Shown here: positions 14,941-23,319 of the stretch, piece after piece
How positions within the stretch are numbered: the stretch's first letter is position 1
Layout of the letters: every line of letters begins with the position of its first letter
Source: a virus
Lineage: Duplodnaviria > Caudoviricetes
Length of the DNA stretch: 24,757 nucleotides
Reading direction: 5' to 3' (one strand)
Virus record (IMG/VR): IMGVR_UViG_3300014169_000023
Coordinates: 1 to 24,757 of that record
Made by a program: the position numbers and the translations under genes
The notes under the pieces: generated by a model
What the model saw: the letters and a program-made list of their open reading frames with translations, nothing else
What the model was told of the DNA's origin: nothing
Database searches by the model: none

Positions 14941-16140
14941 CTATGCGTTCACGTTGTCGTCCCAGCCGACGCAGAAGATATAGTTGCTGTCAACAGCCGA
15001 TGCCCAGTATATGTTTGTGGATTCCAAAACGAACTCGTAATTTGAGTTAATATAAAAGGCAAGGCTTCCGGATGAAGCCATAACTACGGGAGGCGTTGCC
15101 GTTGTTGACGTATATGCACCATAATTATTATTCGGTGCAACCATAATTCCGTTTCCTGCAAATGCTTGACAATATACAGCAATTTTGATGGATTTTGCTG
15201 TCGTTGGCACGATCCCCGTGAGAGACAACGCTACCCACGTCGGCGCTGAGATGCTTCCATGCGGAGCGCCACTGCCGGGCGTGATCGCAGGAAGGCCGGT
15301 CAAGGCATTGCTGTTGTACGTGCCAACGAGGTTTTGGACTTTGGACCCCTTCTGCATCCAGTTGACGAATTTCGGCCCCGTCACCGCGATGCAGCCGCCC
15401 GCCCGCGCCTTGTAGCTGTACCCGGACGGCAAGAGCGGCGTCGTACTCGACAGCGACAGCAGCCCCGCCGTGGTCGTGGTGCTCGGGTTGTAGATCACCC
15501 AAACGTAATATGTCCCTGCTCCGAAAGAGCTGGTATCAAGCCCGTTTGCGCCACTGGAATTAGCATTGATCGTGAACGATAGCCCGCCCGAACCAGAAAA
15601 GCCGGTGCCGACCTTGACGGTACCTCCGGTGGAATTTTCCAACACCGCTTCATCGAACGATACCGCAATCTGCGATGCCGCCGTGGTCGCCGTCGTGTTC
15701 GTGATCAGAAGGTTTTTGAAGCTGCCCATGACCGGAACGGGCGTGTTTACGGCCGCCGTGCCGCTTGAATTGAGCGTAATGAAGCCCCCGGCGCCGGAAT
15801 TCAGCTCCTGGCAGTACTGCGAGACGTACTTTGCGCCGCTTTGAATGCTCCCAGCGTTGGATTGCGTGCCAGTCGCGTCGTAATAATTCAGAACGCCAAG
15901 TCCAAACGCCGACATGGTGACGGGGCCGGTCGAAGTTGCGCCCGCAGTCCACGAAACGATTTGCTTGTCGGTATAAGCCGCCGGCGTGTAGCAGTTTGTC
16001 TGCGATACCAGCGTGATGACGTTCGTCCCGGTCGCGGTGCATGGGATATTGCCTTGCTGTCCCACAATTCCGAACATCGTGTCGAGGTCGGAGGCCGGCT
16101 GATTCCCGGAAAGGTTGGCGAAAGTGTAAGGATAGGCCAT
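14941..16140 (-). CDS. Tail fibre / receptor-binding protein
   Basis: GGAGG SD. N-terminal anchor MAYPYTFAN...ASDLD. Fibre motifs SGANGLDT...YYVWVIYN...AGLLSLSSTTPLLPSGY...R.G and a terminal GWDD. Located right after the nozzle gene. Confidence 0.8.
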   Translation of the reverse strand: MAYPYTFANLSGNQPASDLDTMFGIVGQQGNIPCTATGTNVITLVSQTNCYTPAAYTDKQIVSWTAGATSTGPVTMSAFGLGVLNYYDATGTQSNAGSIQSGAKYVSQYCQELNSGAGGFITLNSSGTAAVNTPVPVMGSFKNLLITNTTATTAASQIAVSFDEAVLENSTGGTVKVGTGFSGSGGLSFTINANSSGANGLDTSSFGAGTYYVWVIYNPSTTTTAGLLSLSSTTPLLPSGYSYKARAGGCIAVTGPKFVNWMQKGSKVQNLVGTYNSNALTGLPAITPGSGAPHGSISAPTWVALSLTGIVPTTAKSIKIAVYCQAFAGNGIMVAPNNNYGAYTSTTATPPVVMASSGSLAFYINSNYEFVLESTNIYWASAVDSNYIFCVGWDDNVNA

Positions 16141-16143
16141 AAA

Positions 16144-17784
16144 TCACCCTCCAAAAGGCGAAAAGTTGCGATAAAGAAGGATGAGCGCTTCGATCGTAAA
16201 ATCTGGCGAGGTCGAAGTCAATGTCCAGCCCACAAGAGCGGCCGTCACAGGCAATGTTTCGCCGTTGTACGTGAGTCCGGACACCGTGAAATTGAGGTTC
16301 GCCCCACCCAGCCCTATGAACTGGATAGGCCCTGTCCCCACAAATACCAACGGTTGCTGGTTGGACGATATCGTGATCGGAACGGACGACGTGAGGTTTT
16401 CCGCCACATAATCGATCGTGCCTGTCAATGTGTACCCGGCGCCGGAGTTATCTTGCAACAGAGAGTAGGCGCGCATCACTTGTTTGTTAACGATCAGCCC
16501 GTCCCCGGCCCACAGCTTGGACTGCAAAATTTTTGTCAGCGTCGTGGACGTGGTAGCGAAAAGCTGGAAAAACCGCGTCCCATCGGTCCCGTAGGCCGTC
16601 AGTTGCGAGTTGATTTCCTGACTTCCGATGAATGTGAGGGATCGGTCCTGCGAGCCAAACCACCACTTTTTACCCCCCGACCACATTGCCATGACAATGC
16701 GATAATTGCCCGAAAGGTCCAAAACGGGGATCAAGATGCAGTACGTTTTAACCGCATAGATGTTGCACACCGCAGCGCTGGGCTGATTGATCGAAGCATC
16801 GTTGACAATCAGGTTTTGCACTTTGGACAACGCCCCGTCCAAGGCATCGTCGCTGATTTTTTCGACCGAACCGCCCTCAAGCCTGTAAACGCCCGTGGAC
16901 GTGGCAAAGATCAGCGCCCGGCCAAAAGGGGCAACCGAATTATGAAATGGGCTTCCGACCTGCGGATCGACGTTCTGGTTGTTGTACGTGGTAACCACCG
17001 GGGATCCGCTGGATTGCACGTTGCTGATCACGTTTACGGACGAGTCGCCGCCGCGGTACAAGAACGAATTGGCCTGGCGAATCCAGGTGATTTCGCGGCG
17101 CAGGAACGCATCCGTCACGGGGGACGTCCCGCCGCCGTCGTTCGCCGTGAAATCCGCTCCGTTCCCAGGGGCGGAGTTTGTGAAATTCACCCCGTTCCCG
17201 ATCCAGACCCGGCCTTGGTATGTCTCGATGCACGTCCCTGACACCCCGGTGGGCATTGTCGTGGCGGTATTGTCGGTGAGCCACGACGGCGCCGCCGCTC
17301 CCGGCCCGTACAGCGTAGCGCCGTCCCAGGCGTAGTACGAGCTGGTGCTATTGGTCGAGACGATCAGTATCCCCGACGTGCCCCACTGAGAGGCTTGCGG
17401 GCCGGGATTCCCGAGCGTGACCGAGCCTGGATAAAACGTGCCGGGCCCGGCGATGCTGGTTGTGGCCTGCGTCGATAGATTAACCTGGACGGCGCTGCCA
17501 TCGGAGAAAAACAACGCTGTGTAGACGTTCGCGTTGATGTTGTAGCAGTAGAAATAGATGACGGTGAGGCCACCGGCCGCGGTGTAGAGCGTCGACCCGT
17601 TGGTCGGCAGACAGCGCATGTTGCCGTCGCCGATCGGCATGAGGTTTTCAAGCCACGAAAATTCCTGGTCGCCTATCGCCGGCCGGTTGGCCTTGGTATT
17701 CAGCCCGCCGAACTTTTCCAAGACGAACGTCTTCGGTTCCGCCCCGGCGAAGGACTTGGCAAGCGATGATTGCTCGCCGGGCAT
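16144..17784 (-). CDS. Tail nozzle / DNA-stabilisation protein (T7 gp12 / P22 gp10 position)
   Basis: 546-aa beta-rich protein with FGGLNT...I.DQEFSWLENLMP at the N-terminus and propeller-like segments (YQGRVWI, VEKISD). Coupled (TGATG-like) to the adaptor. Confidence 0.8.
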   Translation of the reverse strand: MPGEQSSLAKSFAGAEPKTFVLEKFGGLNTKANRPAIGDQEFSWLENLMPIGDGNMRCLPTNGSTLYTAAGGLTVIYFYCYNINANVYTALFFSDGSAVQVNLSTQATTSIAGPGTFYPGSVTLGNPGPQASQWGTSGILIVSTNSTSSYYAWDGATLYGPGAAAPSWLTDNTATTMPTGVSGTCIETYQGRVWIGNGVNFTNSAPGNGADFTANDGGGTSPVTDAFLRREITWIRQANSFLYRGGDSSVNVISNVQSSGSPVVTTYNNQNVDPQVGSPFHNSVAPFGRALIFATSTGVYRLEGGSVEKISDDALDGALSKVQNLIVNDASINQPSAAVCNIYAVKTYCILIPVLDLSGNYRIVMAMWSGGKKWWFGSQDRSLTFIGSQEINSQLTAYGTDGTRFFQLFATTSTTLTKILQSKLWAGDGLIVNKQVMRAYSLLQDNSGAGYTLTGTIDYVAENLTSSVPITISSNQQPLVFVGTGPIQFIGLGGANLNFTVSGLTYNGETLPVTAALVGWTLTSTSPDFTIEALILLYRNFSPFGG

Positions 17785-18716
17785 TATTCATTCCCGTAGT
17801 ACGGCATGAACGGCGTTTCGACGCCGGCGCGGCTGAATTGCAGGTAAACGTCGCACTTCGCCTTCATGGCGTCGGCGTCTTGCTGGCGCTGCGCATCAAC
17901 GAGGGCCAGATACGCGGCGAAATAGGGCACAGCGTCGGAAAACGGCAGCGGTATTGCTTCCGGCGTGCTGTCAGAGGTCAAATCGACTGGAATACACCAT
18001 GCGTCAATGTCCATCTGGAGCTGTTGCGACGGCCACGGAAACAAATAGAAATTCCCACCGATGCCCTGGGCGTATTGCGCCCAATAAACAGGGTAATTTT
18101 GCGCCTGATTTTGGTAAATCCGGCAATATGCCTGGAATTCGGACCAAATCTTCGGGGTGAGCATTGGCTTGTAGGTGCCACCTTGTGAGCACGCCACCGA
18201 AAACAGCCCGCATACCGCCTGAACGCCTGGAATCAGGGCGTTATTTTGTGCCAGCGTGTTGAACGTGGAAAATTGATAGACTTCTTTACTGGCCACTGTG
18301 GAACAGGAATTGTCCACCGTCACGTTGAAGGTTGCGTTGCTCGCCCCAGAGGTGGCCCCGGTAGCTGTCACGAGAGGAGCGGTGAGGAACCCCCATCCGC
18401 CCGAGGTGAGCGTTACCGTAGACACCGCGGTGCCCACTACGGTTCCCGTAGCAAAGGCTTGCGCGCCGACGCCGTTGCCCTGGTTTGTGAAAGTAAAATT
18501 CAGGGTTTCGCCGGCGGTATAGCCAGAGCCGCCGGAATTGAGCGTGAGGGACGTGATCGTGCCGCCCGAAAGCAGCACGCGAACTGATTGCGACTTGATC
18601 GCAACGTAGCGGCGGGAGAGGTTTACATATCTTGTTAAATCTGTAGTTGAGAAGTAGGTAGCATTAGGGTCGTGAAGAAGTCTCTGTGTGTCCTGGAGAT
18701 ATTGCGTGAGGGCCAT
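17784..18716 (-). CDS. Head-tail adaptor (T7 gp11 / P22 gp4 position) with inserted beta domain
   Basis: N-terminal YLQDTQRLLHD...DLTRYVN and C-terminal YLFPWP...PVDL...IPLPFSDAVPYFAAYLA match the adaptor-type pattern. Synteny agrees. Confidence 0.8.
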   Translation of the reverse strand: MALTQYLQDTQRLLHDPNATYFSTTDLTRYVNLSRRYVAIKSQSVRVLLSGGTITSLTLNSGGSGYTAGETLNFTFTNQGNGVGAQAFATGTVVGTAVSTVTLTSGGWGFLTAPLVTATGATSGASNATFNVTVDNSCSTVASKEVYQFSTFNTLAQNNALIPGVQAVCGLFSVACSQGGTYKPMLTPKIWSEFQAYCRIYQNQAQNYPVYWAQYAQGIGGNFYLFPWPSQQLQMDIDAWCIPVDLTSDSTPEAIPLPFSDAVPYFAAYLALVDAQRQQDADAMKAKCDVYLQFSRAGVETPFMPYYGNE

Positions 18717-18717
18717 T

Positions 18718-19209
18718 TTAAGCCCTCAGTGGGAAATTCAGCTTTGCGAACTGACCGTGGAACAGTTGCGCGGCAAAATCATAGACATGGGCAGCGTCTT
18801 TAGCCGTTTCGTACTCTCCGATGTACTTATAGCGGCCTGATCGGTCCTTTATCCTTACCACGAACCTGCCAACACGGCTGTCCAGGCTGACGCCCTTGTA
18901 CCCCGTCGTGTTGTTGGCTTGCTTGCTGCGATTATTGGCGTTCTGAACACGGCCACACACCCGCAGGTTCCCTCTGCGGTTGTCGAGGGGATCCCCGTTG
19001 ATGTGGTCCACTTCCATATCCACGGGGAACCCCATGATCTGGCGGTACATGTAGATTTTGGCCCGGTTCTTCTCGGAACGGGGCCCGTTCCTAGCGGGCC
19101 TGTACTTGCCGCCTGTATCGTTGGCGAACCACTTCCACCGGATGAGGTCTTGGTAGTCCTCATCGTCAACTATGGCTTCGAGACCTTTGGTCAGCGGGAT
19201 GGTTTTCAT
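18718..19209 (-). CDS. Free-standing HNH-AP2 homing endonuclease
   Basis: N-terminus IPLTKGLEAIVDDED, HNH core VDHINGDPLDNRRGNLR, and AP2 domain NTTGYKGV...YIGEYETAKDAAHVYDFAAQLFHGQFAKLNFP. Confidence 0.93.
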   Translation of the reverse strand: MKTIPLTKGLEAIVDDEDYQDLIRWKWFANDTGGKYRPARNGPRSEKNRAKIYMYRQIMGFPVDMEVDHINGDPLDNRRGNLRVCGRVQNANNRSKQANNTTGYKGVSLDSRVGRFVVRIKDRSGRYKYIGEYETAKDAAHVYDFAAQLFHGQFAKLNFPLRA

Positions 19210-19215
19210 CCCTAG

Positions 19216-19244
19216 ATTTTAGCAAGCCAACCCACAAAGGGCAA
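19216..19244 (-). promoter_or_regulatory. Sigma70-type promoter for the HNH-AP2 gene (leaderless)
   Basis: TTGCCC-17 nt-TAAAAT with an extended -10 TG, ending 6 nt before the ATG. No SD. Confidence 0.55.
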
Positions 19245-19269
19245 CCCATTTCAACGGTTTGGTTGCAAA

Positions 19270-20541
19270 TTAGATTGGTTGCAACCAAGACGTGTCCACG
19301 ATCCCTCCAAAGCTTGGGGCTTGCACGGCAATGGTCGTTGGATATGTACCGGCGGTGCCAATCGGCATCAACAGCATGGTCCCGGTCGTGTTGGGATAGC
19401 CAAACCCGGCGTCGTTGATGGTTCCGGCCGCGGAAGATGCCTGTGTCGCGCCGCCAGAGGTAATAAGCTGAGTGATTTGAGCCGGACGGAAAGCGGTTGA
19501 GAACGGCTGACCAAGTGTCTGACCGCCGGTGGAAGCCGTGTTTGTGCCGGTCCCGACAATAGGATTTACCGTGTTCGCCGCCAACGTTGGCGTGAGGCCA
19601 GGGACGACAGTCGCCCACAACTGGGCAGAGGCCAAATACCCTGCGCCTGCAGTACCGTTGGCCCATCCCGTCACAACATAATTCATAATGATCGTCGCGG
19701 CGGCGGAGGTAACGCCGGTCAGCGTCGAAAACGTTGGCGTGGCCGTCAGGTTAGTGCCGTGATTGACAGGGTAAAGCGCTGTCAGAGTGCCCGAACCGGT
19801 CGGGGCCGCAAGAGCGATCGCCGCACCGGTCCCAACAGCATCACGGGAATCGTTGATGATCGTGACCGGGGGCGCCGTAAGATATCCCGCCCCGTTGTTG
19901 GTAAACGTGATGGCATTCACTGCGTTGGCCGAAATCGTACACGTCGCCGTCGCTTGAACGCCGCCCGGAGGTGGGGCGCCAATAACAAGCGTTGGAGCGT
20001 ACTGATAGTTGGAGCCGCCCGTGATGGTGGCGCCCGATGCGGTGAGTGCCCCGCCCACGACCGGAACCCACGTCGAACCGCCGGCGGAAGGCGCGACAAC
20101 CATGCCGGTAGCCGCTTGGCCGATGCCGTTCGTGCCGCCCGATCCGGCGTTGGTGATGGCGGCGCCTACCGGGCATCCCGTGAGGTTGGCGAGCCGCCAG
20201 TTGCCGCCGTCGCTGTCGATCACCATGGGCCGCTGGGCAAGATCAGCGTTGCAGGTTCTCCAGATGCCGTTTACCGCGCTCGTAAGGTTTGTGTTGGTGT
20301 TCAAACCAGCATTACTGACCGGTTCCAGCCACTGCAGCGACGTGTAGGGGCCTGTTGAAACCAAGTAGGTTCCGGCCGGAATGATGAACGTCTGACTTGC
20401 GGCCAGCGTAACAACGTCCGACCCCTGGCTTTGCGTAAAGCCGCTAGAACTCAGGATTTGCGAGCCGAATTGCTGTGCGGACCCCAACGCGTTGTTGAGG
20501 TTTAGGGCGATGCCGGCGCCGCCGATGCGGGGGAATGCCAT
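19270..20541 (-). CDS. Putative capsid decoration / minor structural protein with GGSxY...AP beta domain
   Basis: AGGAG SD. Gly/Thr/Ala-rich, with motifs IIPAGTYLV and IDSDGGNWRLANLTGCPVGA. Lies between the capsid and adaptor genes. Confidence 0.7.
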   Translation of the reverse strand: MAFPRIGGAGIALNLNNALGSAQQFGSQILSSSGFTQSQGSDVVTLAASQTFIIPAGTYLVSTGPYTSLQWLEPVSNAGLNTNTNLTSAVNGIWRTCNADLAQRPMVIDSDGGNWRLANLTGCPVGAAITNAGSGGTNGIGQAATGMVVAPSAGGSTWVPVVGGALTASGATITGGSNYQYAPTLVIGAPPPGGVQATATCTISANAVNAITFTNNGAGYLTAPPVTIINDSRDAVGTGAAIALAAPTGSGTLTALYPVNHGTNLTATPTFSTLTGVTSAAATIIMNYVVTGWANGTAGAGYLASAQLWATVVPGLTPTLAANTVNPIVGTGTNTASTGGQTLGQPFSTAFRPAQITQLITSGGATQASSAAGTINDAGFGYPNTTGTMLLMPIGTAGTYPTTIAVQAPSFGGIVDTSWLQPI

Positions 20542-20556
20542 GTTACGTTGCTCCTA

Positions 20557-20976
20557 TCACCAGCCGCGGGAGAAGAGTGTTGCGTTGTATGAGCACCAGA
20601 CACTTACCGGTCCGATGGGCTTGTAACCAGGCCAAGTGACGAACACAGACACGGGCTGGAACGACCCTGGAAAAGGACCAGGCGGAATCGGCATTCCGAC
20701 ATTTGAACCGGCAGGGCCGTTATCGTTCCAGTAACATTGTCCATTAGCAGCGGTAAACATAGAGATAGAAAATCCATTTGGCGGCACCTTCCCACCAAAC
20801 AAAAACGTCGAAGCATTCCCGACAGTCAGGCTGTTATCACCCAATGACGGCCCCGGCAGAGCAACCGGCGCGGCAAAAAGCGGGCACAGTTGTGTCCCCA
20901 GTTCCACAGATGCCGGACACTGTCCCCACGCGGAGGGCGACAGCCCGAAAAGGACGGCGGCAAGAACAATACGCAT
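20557..20976 (-). CDS. Secreted-type beta protein with signal peptide and four Cys
   Basis: GAGGA SD. N-terminus MRIVLAAVLFGLSPSAWG|QC. Lower GC than the capsid gene. Confidence 0.7.
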   Translation of the reverse strand: MRIVLAAVLFGLSPSAWGQCPASVELGTQLCPLFAAPVALPGPSLGDNSLTVGNASTFLFGGKVPPNGFSISMFTAANGQCYWNDNGPAGSNVGMPIPPGPFPGSFQPVSVFVTWPGYKPIGPVSVWCSYNATLFSRGW

Positions 20977-20988
20977 GATTGTATATCC

Positions 20989-22056
20989 TCAAAAGGCGTT
21001 CCCGGTGATACCGGTCAGTTTCATCCCGGAGGATGGTTTTGAACAAACCACGTCGAATGCCACGATAACGACCCCGATATTGGCGATTTGCAGGTTTGGG
21101 ATCGAGCTGTAGAACCCGGAGAACGCAAACGGTGCGTCCTCGGAGATATACATCGCCAGATATCGGCTGTTGAAGATGTACGCCGTGCCCTGCGGGCAAA
21201 ACGGGTCCATGAAGATCGGGGTATCGCCGAGCAGGATCGCCCGGAAACCGGAATTGACCACATCGTCAATGCCGTAGCGCGAGCGCGGGCCGGTCTGGTA
21301 TTGCTCCATGGCCGACACACCACCGCCACCGGACCCGGTGCCGGCCGTGAGGCCCGTCACCATGTAGTCCGTCATCAGGGTGGTCCAGTCGCCTGGCGCC
21401 ATCACCATGAAGTCCGGCGCCTCGCCGCCCGCAAGAGACGTGGTGTTGACGATGTATTTGATTGTGCCAGTGCGGGTATTAGTTGCCGACCCGACCGATG
21501 TTTTGACCGTCGATTTCCAGAACGTATTCGACGTGCGGTTGATGCCGCCATAGGTCGTGACGTTCGTCCCGTCGTCATAGGCCTGGTAGAGCGAGTCCAC
21601 CTGCGTCTGACCCGGAACGTTGTAGTTGTTCGTAAACAGCGCCCCCGAGATGGCTTGCACCGCAACAGTCTTGGCGTCCGCCATGCGGGCCTTGAGGATC
21701 GGAACGACCACCTCGCTTGATTGGACCAGCGATTCCATGCCCATGAACGGGATGGGAACCACGCCAAGCTTGAGGTTGAATTCCCCGTTCTGGGCAGCCG
21801 TCAACACCGCCGGCTGCGGGAATACGCCGGAATAGTCCGACCACGAAAACTGCGTGTAGGAGCCGCCTTGGACGGGCACGGTGATTTGCGAGGCGCCGCC
21901 CTTGGCCTTCTGCGCATTGCGCATCAATAGGCCGAGAAGAGGAGTTGCCTTATAAATCTGGACTACTAAACGGGGAACAAAAGCTCGCCTTGTGAGTGCA
22001 GCAAGCTCGGCTCCTACAGCTCCTGATGGAAGAATACCTACGCCAAATTGCGGCAT
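20989..22056 (-). CDS. Major capsid protein (HK97 fold)
   Basis: 355 aa, after the scaffold gene. Typical layout: TRRAFVPRLVVQIYKATPLL, GGASQITVPV, TYGGINR...FWKS, PIFMDPFCPQGTAYIFNSRYL. Strong GC3 bias after codon ~43. Confidence 0.88.
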   Translation of the reverse strand: MPQFGVGILPSGAVGAELAALTRRAFVPRLVVQIYKATPLLGLLMRNAQKAKGGASQITVPVQGGSYTQFSWSDYSGVFPQPAVLTAAQNGEFNLKLGVVPIPFMGMESLVQSSEVVVPILKARMADAKTVAVQAISGALFTNNYNVPGQTQVDSLYQAYDDGTNVTTYGGINRTSNTFWKSTVKTSVGSATNTRTGTIKYIVNTTSLAGGEAPDFMVMAPGDWTTLMTDYMVTGLTAGTGSGGGGVSAMEQYQTGPRSRYGIDDVVNSGFRAILLGDTPIFMDPFCPQGTAYIFNSRYLAMYISEDAPFAFSGFYSSIPNLQIANIGVVIVAFDVVCSKPSSGMKLTGITGNAF

Positions 22057-22072
22057 GGTTGTGTTTCCCGCG

Positions 22073-22717
22073 CTAGTTGAGGTATCCGTTATCCTCGCAG
22101 ATTACCTCAAGTGGAGACCAGCCATCCATCCGGCGGGAAGGGGATGACGATGCATTCTCCAAGCGGTATCCAGCTTTCTCAAGAGCTTCCGGATTGCGCT
22201 TCAGGAGTTCGATCGCGAATAGGATTTGATCAGAGACGCGCTGCCCTGGCGGGTCCTTACGGGACCACAACTCCAGGTTCTCGATCCGGTTATCAGCCCG
22301 ATCGCCGTTCTTGTGATGAACGATCTCGCCAACGGTCAGCGCGCGGCCGAGATGCTTTGCCATCACGTCTCGATGTTCCGGCACGGACTGACCGTTAACG
22401 CTGATGCGCCGGTAGCCCTGACGGCCCGTGTACCCTGTCTTGACGTTGGCCGCCTCGTGCCAGCATGCCGCAGAGCAAAACCTCTTGCGAATGGCCTGGA
22501 AGCGTTTCAACGTCTCTTCCTTGCCGCATTGCGGGCAAGTGAATTTCACCATAGCCGCTTCCGTGTCAGCGGCACCTTTGCATTTGGTAGAGCAAAAACG
22601 GCGCCGGACCCTCGACGAGTGGAACACCTTGAACTCCGTTCCACAGCGCTCACACGGCTTCATGAACGACGCTTCCCGCGACGTTCCGTCCTTGCGCTTG
22701 TAGATACCTGTCGGCAT
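22073..22717 (-). CDS. Free-standing HNH endonuclease with two CxxC...RFCSxxC Zn-finger-like repeats
   Basis: CERC...RFCSTKC and CPQC...RFCSAAC, followed by [14 protein letters not shown]...[19 protein letters not shown]. Confidence 0.9.
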   Translation of the reverse strand: MPTGIYKRKDGTSREASFMKPCERCGTEFKVFHSSRVRRRFCSTKCKGAADTEAAMVKFTCPQCGKEETLKRFQAIRKRFCSAACWHEAANVKTGYTGRQGYRRISVNGQSVPEHRDVMAKHLGRALTVGEIVHHKNGDRADNRIENLELWSRKDPPGQRVSDQILFAIELLKRNPEALEKAGYRLENASSSPSRRMDGWSPLEVICEDNGYLN

Positions 22718-22771
22718 TCCTCGTCCTATCTTGTGCCCGATATTACAACGCCTCGGGGCCGGGCGTGTACC

Positions 22772-23317
22772 TTAATACCTGATTTGGTTCGTCTTTGCGA
22801 TCTCTTCAAAGAAGCGGCGGGCTTCCTGTTCGGCAAAGGCGTCTTCGTTCTGGAGTAAAAGCGTGCGGTCGTCGTCGCCCTTTTCAAGGCGGCCGAAACC
22901 CCAGTCCGTGCCGCCGTAGCCGGAAGGCCGATCGGTGGGCTTGGGTGGGTTCATTTTCTCGTATACCGCAGCCGCATCGCTCGCATGCGGGATTTTGCGC
23001 TCGACCATCAACTTTTTGACGGCCTCGATACCATCGTCGGTAAAGCCCTGGGATCGAAGGCGGTCGAATTCGCGCTCCAACTTGCTGTCGATATCCCGAT
23101 CGGCAAGGCTGCGCTGCAGGTCACGAAGCGTATTCTTGGTTTCCTGCAGTTCCGTATAGATCGGATTGTCTTCGACCGTCTCGATCTTGGCTTCCGGAAC
23201 GGCTTCCTTGATCAATTTTTGCGCGGCCAACTGAGTCTTAGGCGACTTTAACAGCTTGTCGAGCAGCGCCCGGGCGCCGTTCGCCACGTTCCATTCTTCG
23301 GCGGAAATCTCGGGCAA
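22772..23317 (-). CDS. Putative capsid scaffolding protein
   Basis: TTG start with GGGAG. Charged helical/coiled-coil protein upstream of the capsid gene. Confidence 0.65.
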   Translation of the reverse strand: MPEISAEEWNVANGARALLDKLLKSPKTQLAAQKLIKEAVPEAKIETVEDNPIYTELQETKNTLRDLQRSLADRDIDSKLEREFDRLRSQGFTDDGIEAVKKLMVERKIPHASDAAAVYEKMNPPKPTDRPSGYGGTDWGFGRLEKGDDDRTLLLQNEDAFAEQEARRFFEEIAKTNQIRY

Positions 23318-23319
23318 GG

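Noticed and set aside
5761-16140. Possible diversity-generating retroelement acting on the fibre genes
   Set aside because: No reverse transcriptase in the window and no TR/VR pair with adenine-restricted mismatches. The only long repeat is an in-frame tandem duplication.
15841-17241. 466-aa + strand ORF antisense to the nozzle/fibre genes
   Set aside because: Same shadow-frame artefact; no recognisable domain.
20924-20941. GTCGCCCTCCGCGTGGGG on the minus strand resembles the 5' half of a type I-C repeat
   Set aside because: Lacks the GCGTGGAT(T/C)GAAAC handle, lies within signal-peptide codons, and is 3 kb from the other unit, so it does not form an array.
18718-22717. HNH genes as group I intron- or intein-encoded
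   Set aside because: Flanking genes are intact with their own starts and stops, and the spacers (1-60 nt) are too short for an intron core. Both enzymes are free-standing.
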